A stretch of DNA of 64,000 nt from Candidatus Angelobacter sp. (GTDB lineage: Bacteria; Acidobacteriota; Terriglobia; Terriglobales; Acidobacteriaceae). The notes under the pieces were generated by a model. That model was not told the DNA's origin. It ran no database searches and was given only the letters and a program-made list of their open reading frames with translations. This document shows, piece by piece, positions 18,020-27,635 of the stretch (position 1 is the first letter of the stretch; the number at the start of each line of letters is the position of its first letter). Both the position numbers and the translations under genes were made by a program. The stretch spans positions 11,554 to 75,553 of the forward strand of contig DATEHN010000108.1 of the NCBI GenBank assembly GCA_035279585.1, written 5' to 3'.

Positions 18020-19564
18020 TTAGTCGCCGTTCTGGTTTGTGTGTTCAGGCGCGTGCATCACAACGAACGAGCTTCCGCCGTTTGCCCACACAAGCACCAT
18101 TGCGTCTTTGCCCGTCGGAATATTGCCCAGCTCGCTCTTGACTTCTGCAGCGCTCTGTACGGGTTTGCGGTTGACAGACAGAATCACGTCACCGCGCGAA
18201 AGCCCGGCAATATCCGCCGGACTGCCGGGCACAACGCTATCCACCACAACGCCCTTTACGTCAGAGGGCAGTTGCAGTTGATCGCGAAGATCGGGCGTGA
18301 GGTTCTCAAGGCTTACGCCCCAGCGCGCTTTGCCGTGAGCTTCGCCTGAGCCGGCGTTCGCTTGCTCAGAATTGTTGTTGATTGCCTCCAGGGTGATGGG
18401 AATGCTGGTGGTCTTGCCGTCACGGAAGACGCCGAGCGTGACTTTATCGCCAGGATGGCGGCCGCTGATGACAGCCTGAAGCTGGCCGGAGTTCTCCACT
18501 TTTTTGCCATCGAGTTCAGTGATTACATCACCCACCTTGACGCCGGCTTTGGCCGCAGGCGAATCGGGCTCAACCTGGCTGACCAGCGCGCCAGCCGCGT
18601 TATCCAGGTGGAAGAAGGTCGCGTTTTCCGGCGTCACGTCATTGATGCCGATGCCCATGCGCGCGTGCTCAATCTTGCCGTCTTTAAGCAGCGTGCTAAT
18701 TACAGGCCGCGCAATCTGGGTAGGAATTGCAAATCCCATGCCGGAAAAAGTGCCGGTACCCGAAATAAGGAATGTGTTGATGCCGACGATTTCTCCGTGC
18801 GCGTCGACCAATGGTCCGCCGGAGTTGCCCGGGTTAATGGCTGCGTCGGTTTGAATAAACTCGCCGGGCTTGCGCCGGTCTTGACTATCAGGGTTAGGAC
18901 GGTTCAGAGCGCTCACAATGCCGCGCGTCACGGTGAATCGGAAGTTGAATGGATTGCCGAAAGCCAGAACGGTTTGTCCAGGCTTTAGGGTGGTGGAATC
19001 GCCCCAGGGGAGGCTTGGGAAATTGCTGCCGTTGATCTTGATGACCGCGAGGTCGGTCATTGGATCGGCGCCAATTAACTTTGCCGGAAGCACGCGGCGA
19101 TCATTTAATGTCACCCTTATATCGGTCGCTCCCGCTATTACATGGTTGTTCGTGACAATGTATCCGTCCGGCGAGATGATGATTCCGCTTCCCAGCCCAT
19201 GTTCCACACTCGGGCCCTGGCGCATCTGCGGCCCAAAGTTGAAACCAAACGGCCCAAAGAAGCGCTGCATTTCTTGCTGCTGATCATCCGGCATCTGCTG
19301 TTGTTTTACCCGCGACGTCACAGTCACGTTCACAACCGCAGGGGTTACCCGCGCGGCCAGCGTTTCCATCGCATGGTCAAGCGCGCTGATTGCGCTTACG
19401 CTGCTGTCATCCAGCGGCGCTGCCGCGGGCGACATACTGGCCGCACTTGCGGCTGCAGGCTTAAGGATTTCATAGCTCCCAAAGCATCCTGCCAGCACCA
19501 GTGCCAACACTGTTGCCACAGTTTTGCGCTTCAGGAAAGGTTTCCATTGCTCAAGTTTTTTCAT
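18020..19564 (-). CDS. htrA: Periplasmic serine endoprotease DegP/HtrA (Do family, two PDZ domains)
   Basis: 514 aa with a signal peptide. Trypsin-like triad context (TNNHV..., D..LAVIK, GNSGGPLV) and two PDZ-like segments. Confidence 0.9.
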   Translation of the reverse strand: MKKLEQWKPFLKRKTVATVLALVLAGCFGSYEILKPAAASAASMSPAAAPLDDSSVSAISALDHAMETLAARVTPAVVNVTVTSRVKQQQMPDDQQQEMQRFFGPFGFNFGPQMRQGPSVEHGLGSGIIISPDGYIVTNNHVIAGATDIRVTLNDRRVLPAKLIGADPMTDLAVIKINGSNFPSLPWGDSTTLKPGQTVLAFGNPFNFRFTVTRGIVSALNRPNPDSQDRRKPGEFIQTDAAINPGNSGGPLVDAHGEIVGINTFLISGTGTFSGMGFAIPTQIARPVISTLLKDGKIEHARMGIGINDVTPENATFFHLDNAAGALVSQVEPDSPAAKAGVKVGDVITELDGKKVENSGQLQAVISGRHPGDKVTLGVFRDGKTTSIPITLEAINNNSEQANAGSGEAHGKARWGVSLENLTPDLRDQLQLPSDVKGVVVDSVVPGSPADIAGLSRGDVILSVNRKPVQSAAEVKSELGNIPTGKDAMVLVWANGGSSFVVMHAPEHTNQNGD

Positions 19565-19635
19565 TGCTTGCTCATCTCCTATAAAGTCAGATTTTTGCTG
19601 ATAAATTCGTTCTTGATTCCGCTGGCTTCTCGCTG

Positions 19636-19653
19636 CAACTAGTTATTTAGTTT
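19636..19653. promoter_or_regulatory. Candidate BlaI-type operator upstream of htrA
   Basis: CAACTAGTTATTTAGTTT lies between the blaR1-like stop (19704) and the htrA start (19564). It is 15 of 18 identical to the palindrome upstream of the blaI-like gene. Confidence 0.35.
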
Positions 19654-19703
19654 TTGCGACCACAAATTTTTGCAGACCAAAAATTGCTGGCCTGGCTGCT
19701 CTT

Positions 19704-21167
19704 TTAGATTTTTCTGGGAACTGTTTTTTGCTGAGTCTGGGCCGTCACCACGCTGATTTCTACCACGCGCAGTTGCCAGCTCTGCATAGCGGCCTGGGGC
19801 CCCTGTCCAACTACCATCACAAACTCTTCCCGCACGGTTACAAACTCAGGCGCGGGTAACACTGGCTGCTGCGCTTTTGCCATCAGCCTTGCCTGCTCTT
19901 CTCTCAAGGGATTCAATGCCGGCTTTTCCGGGACGCGTCTCTGCGGCTTTACGGTTGGTCTGCCGATCGCTGCTTTCTGCTGGTCTGCGCCTGACTTCAA
20001 TGTTGTATTCCAGGCGCGGACTTTAAGCTCATCCGAAGCGGAAGCATCGTCGAAATTCGCAGCCACAAATTTTGCTTTGCTTACTGCAACAGGCTGCGTT
20101 GGCTTGGTTGCTGCAGAGATTTGCAGGGCATGAGCGTTGTTTTGCATCGATTGAGCATTGCTAGCTGACTGCGCTGCCAGAACTCTGGCCGTAGAAGCCC
20201 CATCGGTAAAGCTGATCAGCATCGGCGCGTGCGATGCGGAGAACACGCAAAGTCCGGCAACCACAACAATTGTGGGAATCGCCGGCTTCCACAACTTGCT
20301 TGGCTGCGGACGGCTTGGGTCCAGGATCTTTGTCACTCGCGCAGTTAGCTGCCGTAAATGAGCGACTGCCGCCTGTGCCATCGCCAACTGCCGTCTCAAG
20401 AAACTTCTTTCCGCAACATGCGCCAGGCAATCAGCGTACTCGCGCGGCGTGCCGGAATGTGCCAGCACTGCATCGTCGCACGCCATCTCGCGGTCCAGGG
20501 AAAGCTTCTGCTCAATCCACCACACGCTGGGCAAGAAGAAGAGGAATGCTTTCACGAGCTGCTGCGCCAGGTTGGTCCAATCATCGCGACGGCGCAAATG
20601 CGCAAGCTCATGCAGGATGATGAATTGCAATTTTTCCGCCGGGGTCCCCTGCAACAACCACTCCGGCAACACGACCGCCGGCCTGAAGAACCCAATCGCC
20701 GTCGGCACTTCCAGTTGTTTTGACGCCAATAACTCTACCGGGCGTGAGAGCCTGAACTCGGTGATCAAAGCAGCAGATTCCGGACTGAGTGTCTGCAAAT
20801 CAACCGCAGTTGATTTCGATCTCAACCGATGTACCTGCAACAACGCCAGGGCCACTCGCGCAAGCCCAATCACGGTCACACTTGCCCATACAAAAAAGAT
20901 GCCCACTGCCCATGACGATGACACTGTAATCGCTGCATGTGCCGGCGTTGCGGCGCCACGTCCCCCACTCAGATACAAACCTGGCAACGGCAACAGCGCT
21001 GTAACCAGCAATGTCGAAAACCATACGGCAAAACTTGTTCTGGAATCTCGTTTCGGCAGCAGATAAAGCAGTAGCCAAACCATCACGGCCAGCAATGTGC
21101 CTATCCCCAGGCTAAACAGGAGCCGTTCAGCGGCAACCGGAGCAATCGTGTGAAGAGGAAGACTCAT
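19704..21167 (-). CDS. M56 family (BlaR1/MecR1-like) membrane metalloprotease sensor, no penicillin-binding domain
   Basis: 487 aa with N-terminal TM helices and the zinc motif HELAHLRRRDDW. The C-terminal ~200 aa are low-complexity and show no transpeptidase-like motifs. It overlaps the blaI-like gene by 4 nt. Confidence 0.8.
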   Translation of the reverse strand: MSLPLHTIAPVAAERLLFSLGIGTLLAVMVWLLLYLLPKRDSRTSFAVWFSTLLVTALLPLPGLYLSGGRGAATPAHAAITVSSSWAVGIFFVWASVTVIGLARVALALLQVHRLRSKSTAVDLQTLSPESAALITEFRLSRPVELLASKQLEVPTAIGFFRPAVVLPEWLLQGTPAEKLQFIILHELAHLRRRDDWTNLAQQLVKAFLFFLPSVWWIEQKLSLDREMACDDAVLAHSGTPREYADCLAHVAERSFLRRQLAMAQAAVAHLRQLTARVTKILDPSRPQPSKLWKPAIPTIVVVAGLCVFSASHAPMLISFTDGASTARVLAAQSASNAQSMQNNAHALQISAATKPTQPVAVSKAKFVAANFDDASASDELKVRAWNTTLKSGADQQKAAIGRPTVKPQRRVPEKPALNPLREEQARLMAKAQQPVLPAPEFVTVREEFVMVVGQGPQAAMQSWQLRVVEISVVTAQTQQKTVPRKI

Positions 21168-21550
21168 GGTTTTTCTTGCCCTTCCTGCACCAGTTTTTTC
21201 AGGCGGGTGATTTCGTCCGCGCTGATGTTCTTGTCTTCCAGAATATTCAGCAGCAACAGCTCGTGCGAGTTCTTAAAGAACCTGCCCACCAGGTTCTTAA
21301 TCTCAAACCGCGTCGCTTCTTCCCTTCCTACCAGCGGCATGTAAACATGCGCTCGCCCTTCTTTAGCGTGCTGCACATATCCTTTTTTTTCCAGGATCCT
21401 GATGGTGGTAAGCACAGAGTTGTATGCCAGAGCCGGCTTGATAGGAAGCTCTTCCAAAATGGCGTGCACAGTTGCCGGCCCTTTCTGCCACAGAACCTCC
21501 ATCAGGCGAAGTTCAGCTTCTGTGAGCGTAGGCGATTTCTTCGGCGGCAA
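21164..21550 (-). CDS. BlaI/MecI/CopY family transcriptional repressor
   Basis: 128 aa with a winged-helix N-terminus (LTEAELRLMEVLWQKGPATVHAILEEL...YNSVLTTIRILEKKGYV). It is directly upstream of, and coupled to, the M56 gene. Confidence 0.85.
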   Translation of the reverse strand: MPPKKSPTLTEAELRLMEVLWQKGPATVHAILEELPIKPALAYNSVLTTIRILEKKGYVQHAKEGRAHVYMPLVGREEATRFEIKNLVGRFFKNSHELLLLNILEDKNISADEITRLKKLVQEGQEKP

Positions 21551-21620
21551 GTCTGTGCTCCTCGCTTACTCTTGAGAGATTTTCCCTTTGTTTAATTAGA
21601 CGCGGAAACCCCCAAAATAG

Positions 21621-21638
21621 TAACTAATTATTTAGTTA
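21621..21638. promoter_or_regulatory. Candidate BlaI-type operator upstream of the blaI-blaR1-like operon
   Basis: Palindrome TAACTAA-TTAT-TTAGTTA in an AT-rich spacer about 70 nt upstream of the blaI-like start codon. Confidence 0.4.
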
Positions 21639-21766
21639 TTTTTTATTGAAAAGCAAGCCAGAAGGATAAATTATTAATAAGTCTTGTATTTTCAAATACT
21701 TACTTTGATTTTAAAGAGATTCTTGTGGTCATACGATCTGAGAAGTAGCGCAGGCTCAAGCGCTTG

Positions 21767-22213
21767 CTATCTTCCCGCTTCGTGCACCTTTTCAAACCGT
21801 GTCCGATGCTCGTCTATAAGCTTGATTAGTTGCACCTGCAACTGCTTCACTGTATCAAAAAGGCTTTGGATACCGTGAGTTTGCCAGGTAACGCCCTCTT
21901 GTTCAATATCGGCGCACAAATCTTTCAGCATCTGGTTCGCGCGGCGGAGCCTCTCCGCCACCACAAATGATATGACCTTGGCGGGATCCTGTTGTCTTTC
22001 GCGTGCGTTCAGCAGCTCGCTCACCGTCCATGCCGTCAGACGCGCGTTGTCCAGCACATGGCGGAAGTCCTGCAAGAGCAGGGTTTCCGGTGGTTTGCCC
22101 GATTTGAGTTCAACCTCAAGTGTTCTCAGTTCAACTGACAACCGGCGCAAGCGTTCTGAGATAGGGTCTGAAGAACCATCCGTCATAGTTCTGAGTACCT
22201 CGTTATATGACAC
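21767..22213 (-). CDS. Hypothetical helical protein
   Basis: 148-aa ORF with an ATG start. It is predicted all-helical and charged, with no recognisable motif. Confidence 0.45.
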   Translation of the reverse strand: MSYNEVLRTMTDGSSDPISERLRRLSVELRTLEVELKSGKPPETLLLQDFRHVLDNARLTAWTVSELLNARERQQDPAKVISFVVAERLRRANQMLKDLCADIEQEGVTWQTHGIQSLFDTVKQLQVQLIKLIDEHRTRFEKVHEAGR

Positions 22214-22421
22214 GGTAACCCATGACTGCCTTCAAGAAATAAGGAAAACTGAAGGGAGAGCCTTATTAGTGATTACTCTTGTCACATCCCCTTGGGTGCA
22301 TTTCCGGGGCAGAGTTGCCCAAATTTAGGAATGACAATGGTCTTTGTGACAAAACTTTTGCAACATGGCGGTGCTGGGCAGCTTGCCTCTACAAACCGGG
22401 CACCACCTCCAGGGCGATTTG

Positions 22422-23990
22422 CTAAATCTTGTAATCAATTGCCACAATGGTCAAATCGTCATGCGCCTCTCTTCCGCCGCGATTGCACCACATTTCTATT
22501 CGCCTGGCCAGAGCTTCGCAAAAGCTGTTTGCCGGTAAATTGGCGTTTTCCGCCAGAAAGGTCTGCAGACGGTCCATCCCAAATTCTTCTTCGGCTTCGT
22601 TGGGCGCTTCAATCACTCCATCTGTGTACATCAGGCAGCGATCACCGGGCCCGAACCCGGCCTTGGCGTTCGTATACCTGCATTCTGGAAATGCACCCAG
22701 AAAAAGCCCGTTCTCTTCAATCCTTTCAACTCTTCTCTCTTGCGCCCGCCACACCAGCAACGGAGGATGCCCTGCTCCGGCATAGCTCAACTCTCGATCG
22801 GCCGCGTTCAGAAACAAGTAGCCTGCGGTAACAAATTGCCCTTCCATGTTGCCGAACAGCACAGAGTTCAGGCCGCTCAACACCTCTGCTGGACTTTCAG
22901 CCCGACCGGCTTGCGAGCGTATGGCAATCTTCACCATGGAAGCGGAAAGCGCCGCCGGCACGCCATGTCCAGAGACATCAGCCACAAGTGCTCCCAGCCC
23001 CCGGTCATCGCGGATTAGGAAATCATAAAAGTCTCCAGCCACTGAAGATGCGGGCACATACTTTGCCGCAATCTCCAGCCCAGGCACCCGAACATCACGC
23101 TCCGGCAGCAACCCTGACTGAATACGCTGCGCAATCTCCAGTTCTTTGTTGATGGAGAGAAGCCGTTCTTCATTGCGGAACATCTGGCTTGCAGCAACGT
23201 AGCCCAGGCAACACAGAAAGAACACAAATCCAATGTATTCGATGTTGGGATTCCCGCGGACCATCCCCAGGTCCACGGCGTTGGTGTAAAGCGCAAACAA
23301 AGCAAACACCACCGTGCCTGTCCGCACAATCCACAGCGAGCGATCCGCTTTTTGTTGCGGAAAAAAAAGCATGAAAAGCAGCAGTGGCATCAACAGCAGG
23401 ACGACTGCGCTGTTTACCTTGTCAGCCAACTCTCTTTTTATATCCAGCAGGCGCCCGGCCAGCACCAGCATCTCCACGACCAGTCCTGCAATCACAATCC
23501 AGAGTGCCGTCACTCGCCATTGCGGCGTGACCGTCTCCACAAAAAACAAAATGAACGGGAAAACGATCAGGCTGGTAATCACCCAATCCGTGCGCTGCCA
23601 GAGCAGCGCGTGTTCCGGCGCCAGGTATCCGACCGTGGCTGAATTTACAATCAGGCGTATCCCATACATAAAGGACGCAATACCGAAGTAGAAAAGGGCC
23701 AGTTCGCGGCGCTTTGAACGAAGCAGCCACAACAGAAACGCCGCCGCTCCTGACACCGCTACCACCACGCCCAGAAACAGCCGAAACATATCTGCTTCCA
23801 ACAACTTCACCGGTACAGAGTCATTCATTTGATCGAAATGATACCAACTAAATCGCCGCGCCATCAGCGGCCTGGCATTTGGGTGTCTTGTCCTGAAAAA
23901 TTGAATCGCGTTGAACCACCTGACGTGTGCCTTGGCGCAAAATGGCGGGTCTGCCAGTTTTCTCCAATTCAATCTCTGCGTCCCGCGCAC
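22422..23990 (-). CDS. Membrane-anchored PP2C-type (SpoIIE/RsbU-like) protein phosphatase
   Basis: An N-terminal block of ~7 TM helices precedes a C-terminal PP2C domain (AGDFYDF, VADVSGHGVPAA, YAGAGHPP, LMYTDGV, DDLT). The start is uncertain: GTG 23990, ATG 23864 or ATG 23828. Confidence 0.8.
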   Translation of the reverse strand: MRGTQRLNWRKLADPPFCAKAHVRWFNAIQFFRTRHPNARPLMARRFSWYHFDQMNDSVPVKLLEADMFRLFLGVVVAVSGAAAFLLWLLRSKRRELALFYFGIASFMYGIRLIVNSATVGYLAPEHALLWQRTDWVITSLIVFPFILFFVETVTPQWRVTALWIVIAGLVVEMLVLAGRLLDIKRELADKVNSAVVLLLMPLLLFMLFFPQQKADRSLWIVRTGTVVFALFALYTNAVDLGMVRGNPNIEYIGFVFFLCCLGYVAASQMFRNEERLLSINKELEIAQRIQSGLLPERDVRVPGLEIAAKYVPASSVAGDFYDFLIRDDRGLGALVADVSGHGVPAALSASMVKIAIRSQAGRAESPAEVLSGLNSVLFGNMEGQFVTAGYLFLNAADRELSYAGAGHPPLLVWRAQERRVERIEENGLFLGAFPECRYTNAKAGFGPGDRCLMYTDGVIEAPNEAEEEFGMDRLQTFLAENANLPANSFCEALARRIEMWCNRGGREAHDDLTIVAIDYKI

Positions 23991-24037
23991 ATATCTTGGC
24001 TTTGTTGTAACGTATCAATAGATGGAGAAACTTACGG

Positions 24038-24547
24038 ATGACTCAAAACGATTTGCCCGAGCCGTGGCTGCGCGGCACTCTCACTGACGTTCCGGCGTTG
24101 CAACGCGCGGTGCTGCATGCACTGGAGTTGGCCAAGGAAGACCTCGATAAGTGGTGTTACGGCTTGAGCGATGATGAGCTGAACGAACGCCCGGACGGCA
24201 TTGCTCCGGTGGCCTTTCATCTGCGCCATATCGCGCGCAGTATGGATCGGCTTCTGACCTATGCGGAAGGCCGGCAGCTTTCGGCCGAGCAGGTCGGCGA
24301 GATGAAGCAGGAAATGGATCCCGGCGCGACGCGCAATGAACTCACCGCTGAACTTGTGGTTGCTTTTGCCAAGAACGGCAAAAGAATTCGCAGCTTCTCT
24401 CCCCAGCAGATGGAAGAGGAGCGTAAGGTTGGCAAGAAGCAACTGCCCACATCGGTAGGGGGGCTTCTGGTCCACGTTGCCGACCACACATTGCGGCACG
24501 TCGGACAAGCCATCACCACCGCAAAAATCGTGATAGCGCAGCGTTAG
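24038..24547 (+). CDS. DinB family protein
   Basis: 169 aa, four-helix DinB pattern with His triad contexts (AFHLRHIARSMDRLL, LLVHVADHTLRHVGQAI). Confidence 0.75.
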   Translation: MTQNDLPEPWLRGTLTDVPALQRAVLHALELAKEDLDKWCYGLSDDELNERPDGIAPVAFHLRHIARSMDRLLTYAEGRQLSAEQVGEMKQEMDPGATRNELTAELVVAFAKNGKRIRSFSPQQMEEERKVGKKQLPTSVGGLLVHVADHTLRHVGQAITTAKIVIAQR

Positions 24548-24719
24548 ACAAGGCTGAATCGCACCTCAATCCCTGGCGTGTACGGCGTTCTGCCGCTTGG
24601 ATATTGGTTATAGCCATTACCAAAGGACAATGTCCCGGTTAACTTCCGTCAGGATATAGCTACAGCTGATCGAAGTTAAAATTTGAGGTAGCAATCAAAT
24701 TTCATACAAGTTCAGGGCC

Positions 24720-25115
24720 ATGATCGCCAATTCGTCAAGACCGTTTTTCGCCGTTAAGCTGGTTTTCTGCATTTTGATTACAATGCTCTGCTCTGTTTTG
24801 TTCGCGCAGACCGTGAGTACGTCCTCGCAGCAGTCGCAGCCGCAACAGCAGCAAACTCAGTCCAGTTCGCGTAAACACAAATCCAACCCGCCGCCGGAGT
24901 ATCCCGAGCTGGCCCGCAAGATGAACATCAGCGGGACAGCGCGCGTCCTGGTGACAGTGGCCCCCGATGGCAGCGTAACCAGCGTAAAAGAGTTAGGTGG
25001 GAACCCGGTACTGGTGGCCGCGCTGGTCAAGGCAGCAAAGAAATGGAAGTACGAGCCCGCCGACCGCGAAAGTGAGGTTGAGGAAAAGTACGTGTTTACC
25101 CTGAACCAATCGTAG
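24720..25115 (+). CDS. TonB C-terminal domain protein
   Basis: 131 aa: TM/signal segment, Q/S-rich linker, then PPEYPELARKMNISGTARVLVTVAPDGSVTSV, typical of the TonB_C fold. Confidence 0.75.
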   Translation: MIANSSRPFFAVKLVFCILITMLCSVLFAQTVSTSSQQSQPQQQQTQSSSRKHKSNPPPEYPELARKMNISGTARVLVTVAPDGSVTSVKELGGNPVLVAALVKAAKKWKYEPADRESEVEEKYVFTLNQS

Positions 25116-25123
25116 CGTTCAGC

Positions 25124-26161
25124 TTACCAGGCTGGCGATCCTTTGAACCGTATTCTGGCTTCCTCTGAGCTCTCGATAATTTCACCGATTGGGTAACACT
25201 CACAGCCATGCTGTGTGAGATGTTGCTGAATGGCAAGCGCATCTCCGGCGCTCACTACCGCCGCAATCCCAACACCCATATTGAATGTTCTGAGCATGTC
25301 CTTGTCTGTGGCTTCGGCTGCATCGTGAATCACCCGCATCACGGTCGGGATCTTAAGCGATGGCAGATCGATCACGGCCTGCAATCCCGCTGGAATAATG
25401 CGGCACAAGTTCCCTTCAATCCCGCCGCCGGTAATGTGGGCCAGACCGTGAAGGCCTGAATTGGTGTAGAGGCCGCGTAGCGCTTGGTAATAACAAAGAT
25501 GTGGACGCAGGACCACGTCGAGGAATGTGCTGCCGTCCACCGGCCGCTGCGCCATCTCCGGATCATTGCTCAGCAGCTTGCGCACCAGAGAATATCCATT
25601 GGTGTGAAGGCCGTTTGAAGCAATAGCAAACACCTTGTCGCCGGCTTTGATTTTGGCGCCATCAATAATGTGCTCGCGCTCGGCGATTCCTACCACGCTC
25701 GCCGTCAGCACATAAGTCCCGGCTTCCAGAACTCCGGGCTGCTCTGAAGTTTCGCCGCCCGTCAGCGTGCACTCCTGCTCACGGCACGCCTTGGCGATGG
25801 CCTTCACCATCCCGGTCACAATTTCCGGCTCCAGCTTGCCGCAGATGATGGCGTCCTGCACGGAGAGCGGCGTTGCCCCCATCACAGCGATGTCATTGAT
25901 CAGGTGATTGATAAGATCGTAAGCCAGCGACTCAACCCGGCCATGCTGGATGGCAAGCTTTTGCTTGGTTCCGGGCTCTTCTGTTTTGAGCACCAGCACC
26001 GGATCGCGGTATTCCTTGAATGGCACGGCAAACAGCGAGGCAAAAGCTCCCAGTTGATTGAGCACGCGGCTATCTCCGCGGGCTACCCAGGAACTCATCT
26101 GTTCTTTGGCGCGATCGGCAGCGTTAATGTCTACTCCGGCTTTTTCGTAGGAAAGGGCCAT
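25124..26161 (-). CDS. purM: Phosphoribosylformylglycinamidine cyclo-ligase (AIR synthetase)
   Basis: From ATG 26161 the product reads MALSYEKAGVDINAADRAKE.... PurM motifs include DGVGTK-equivalent and GGETSEQPG regions. The upstream 119 codons of the ORF-track ORF are non-coding extension. Confidence 0.9.
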   Translation of the reverse strand: MALSYEKAGVDINAADRAKEQMSSWVARGDSRVLNQLGAFASLFAVPFKEYRDPVLVLKTEEPGTKQKLAIQHGRVESLAYDLINHLINDIAVMGATPLSVQDAIICGKLEPEIVTGMVKAIAKACREQECTLTGGETSEQPGVLEAGTYVLTASVVGIAEREHIIDGAKIKAGDKVFAIASNGLHTNGYSLVRKLLSNDPEMAQRPVDGSTFLDVVLRPHLCYYQALRGLYTNSGLHGLAHITGGGIEGNLCRIIPAGLQAVIDLPSLKIPTVMRVIHDAAEATDKDMLRTFNMGVGIAAVVSAGDALAIQQHLTQHGCECYPIGEIIESSEEARIRFKGSPAW

Positions 26162-26260
26162 CCCTATCTTTATAACAAAAATAAAGACCAGGCAGAGGCA
26201 CGGACGGCGCTTTATACTGGCCGGGCATTGCGAACCGGAGGGTTGAAAGTGAAAACATGC

Positions 26261-27300
26261 ATGGTGAGAAAGACGATGGCGGCTATCCTTGTTCTTTTGG
26301 GAGCCGCTACGCTGGCGATGACAGCAGAGGGTGGCTACCACCAACTCAAGAAGTATCCGTTCGGAGCGGCTGCGGGTAGCACACGCGAATACTTTGACTA
26401 CATCACGGTCGATTCCTCTGCGCGCCGCGTCTACCTCTCGCACGGCACAGAGATCAAAGTTCTTGACGCCGATAGCGGCGCGGTGGTTGGCAATATTGCC
26501 GGATTGAAACAAGACCATGGCGTGGCGCTTGCCCCGGAATTTGGACGCGGCTTCATCACCGATGGCGGTCAGGGCAAAGTCGTCATTTTTGACCTTAAGA
26601 CTTTCAAGACCCTGGGTGAAGCAAAGGCCGACAAGGATGCCGACAGCATTGTTTACGATCCGGTGTCAAAACGTGTCTTTGCCATGAATGGCGATCCGAA
26701 CAGCTGCACGGTGATTGATGCCAAGACGGGGACCATTGTGGAAACCATCAATCTGGGCGGCGGTCCGGAATTCGCGGTTGCCGACGGCAAGGGAACGATC
26801 TACGTCAATATCGAAGACAAGAACGAACTGGTGGCCATTGACAGTAAAACTCTCAAAATCAAGTCGCGCTGGCCGGTGGCGCCTGCCGGCGGGCCGACCG
26901 CTCTCGCCATCGACCACGAGCACAGGTGGCTGTTTAGCGCCGGCCGCAACCCCCAGATGCTGGTGGTGATCAATGCTGACAATGGCAAAGTCATTCAGTC
27001 ATTTCCATCTCCGGTGGAGTTGATGCGGCTGCGTATGACCCCGGGACGGGTTTGATCTTCGCCTCGACCCGCGAAGGGATGATCCATATCTTTCATGAAG
27101 ACTCGCCGGACAAGTTCCGGGAAGTCGAAAGCGTGAAGACCGAGTACGGCGCCAAGACCATGGGCCTGGACACAAAGACGCATCACCTATTTGTGGATAC
27201 AGCAGACTTTGCCGCTCCAACAGCTCCGACGGCCGAGCGCCCGCACCCACAGCGTACGGCGATTCCGGGGACCTTCCATGTCTTGGTTTACGGCCAGTGA
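26261..27300 (+). pseudogene. YVTN/YncE-like beta-propeller repeat protein, interrupted by a -1 frameshift near 27007
   Basis: Signal peptide MVRKTMAAILVLLGAATLA (ATG 26261; GTG 26249 is an alternative). Propeller repeats continue (RVYLSHG..., RVFAMNG..., GTIYVNI...). Frame 2 ends at TGA 27053, while frame 1 continues the same repeat logic (ISGGVDAAAYDPGTGLIFASTREGMIHIF...) to 27300. Confidence 0.6.
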
Positions 27301-27635
27301 AGCCAATTTTAGGTAAAGACAACGGCTCCCATGTTGAGGTAGCTGTTGCGTTTTTTTGGGGATTTTGCGCGTAGGTATTCTCCGCGAAATACCTCCGCCC
27401 AGGTGGCTCCGTTGTCAGTTGATTTTGGATACAGTACTCCAAGCGCGTTTATTTCGATGTTCAGGAAAGCTTTGGGCACCACGCCGGACAGCGTATTTTA
27501 AGACCCCAAGAGGTACGTAAACGCAGCCGTTCCAAAATGGTAATTCCTTAGCCACCGCAATTTCTTTTTTGCTTGCTTATTCGCTTTCCTGTCAACACAA
27601 TGCAAGCACATCCCTGATCTACGTGAGAAACCCTT

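Noticed and set aside
24826-24862. CAG/CAA-rich stretch as a second microsatellite
   Set aside because: It is an imperfect, in-frame Q/S-rich linker (SSQQSQPQQQQTQSS) of the TonB-C protein, not a pure repeat.
25904-26260. N-terminal 119 codons of the ORF-track propeller ORF
   Set aside because: This stretch is antisense to the well-supported purM coding sequence. A signal-peptide-bearing start (ATG 26261 or GTG 26249, with GGAGG upstream) lies just past the purM start.
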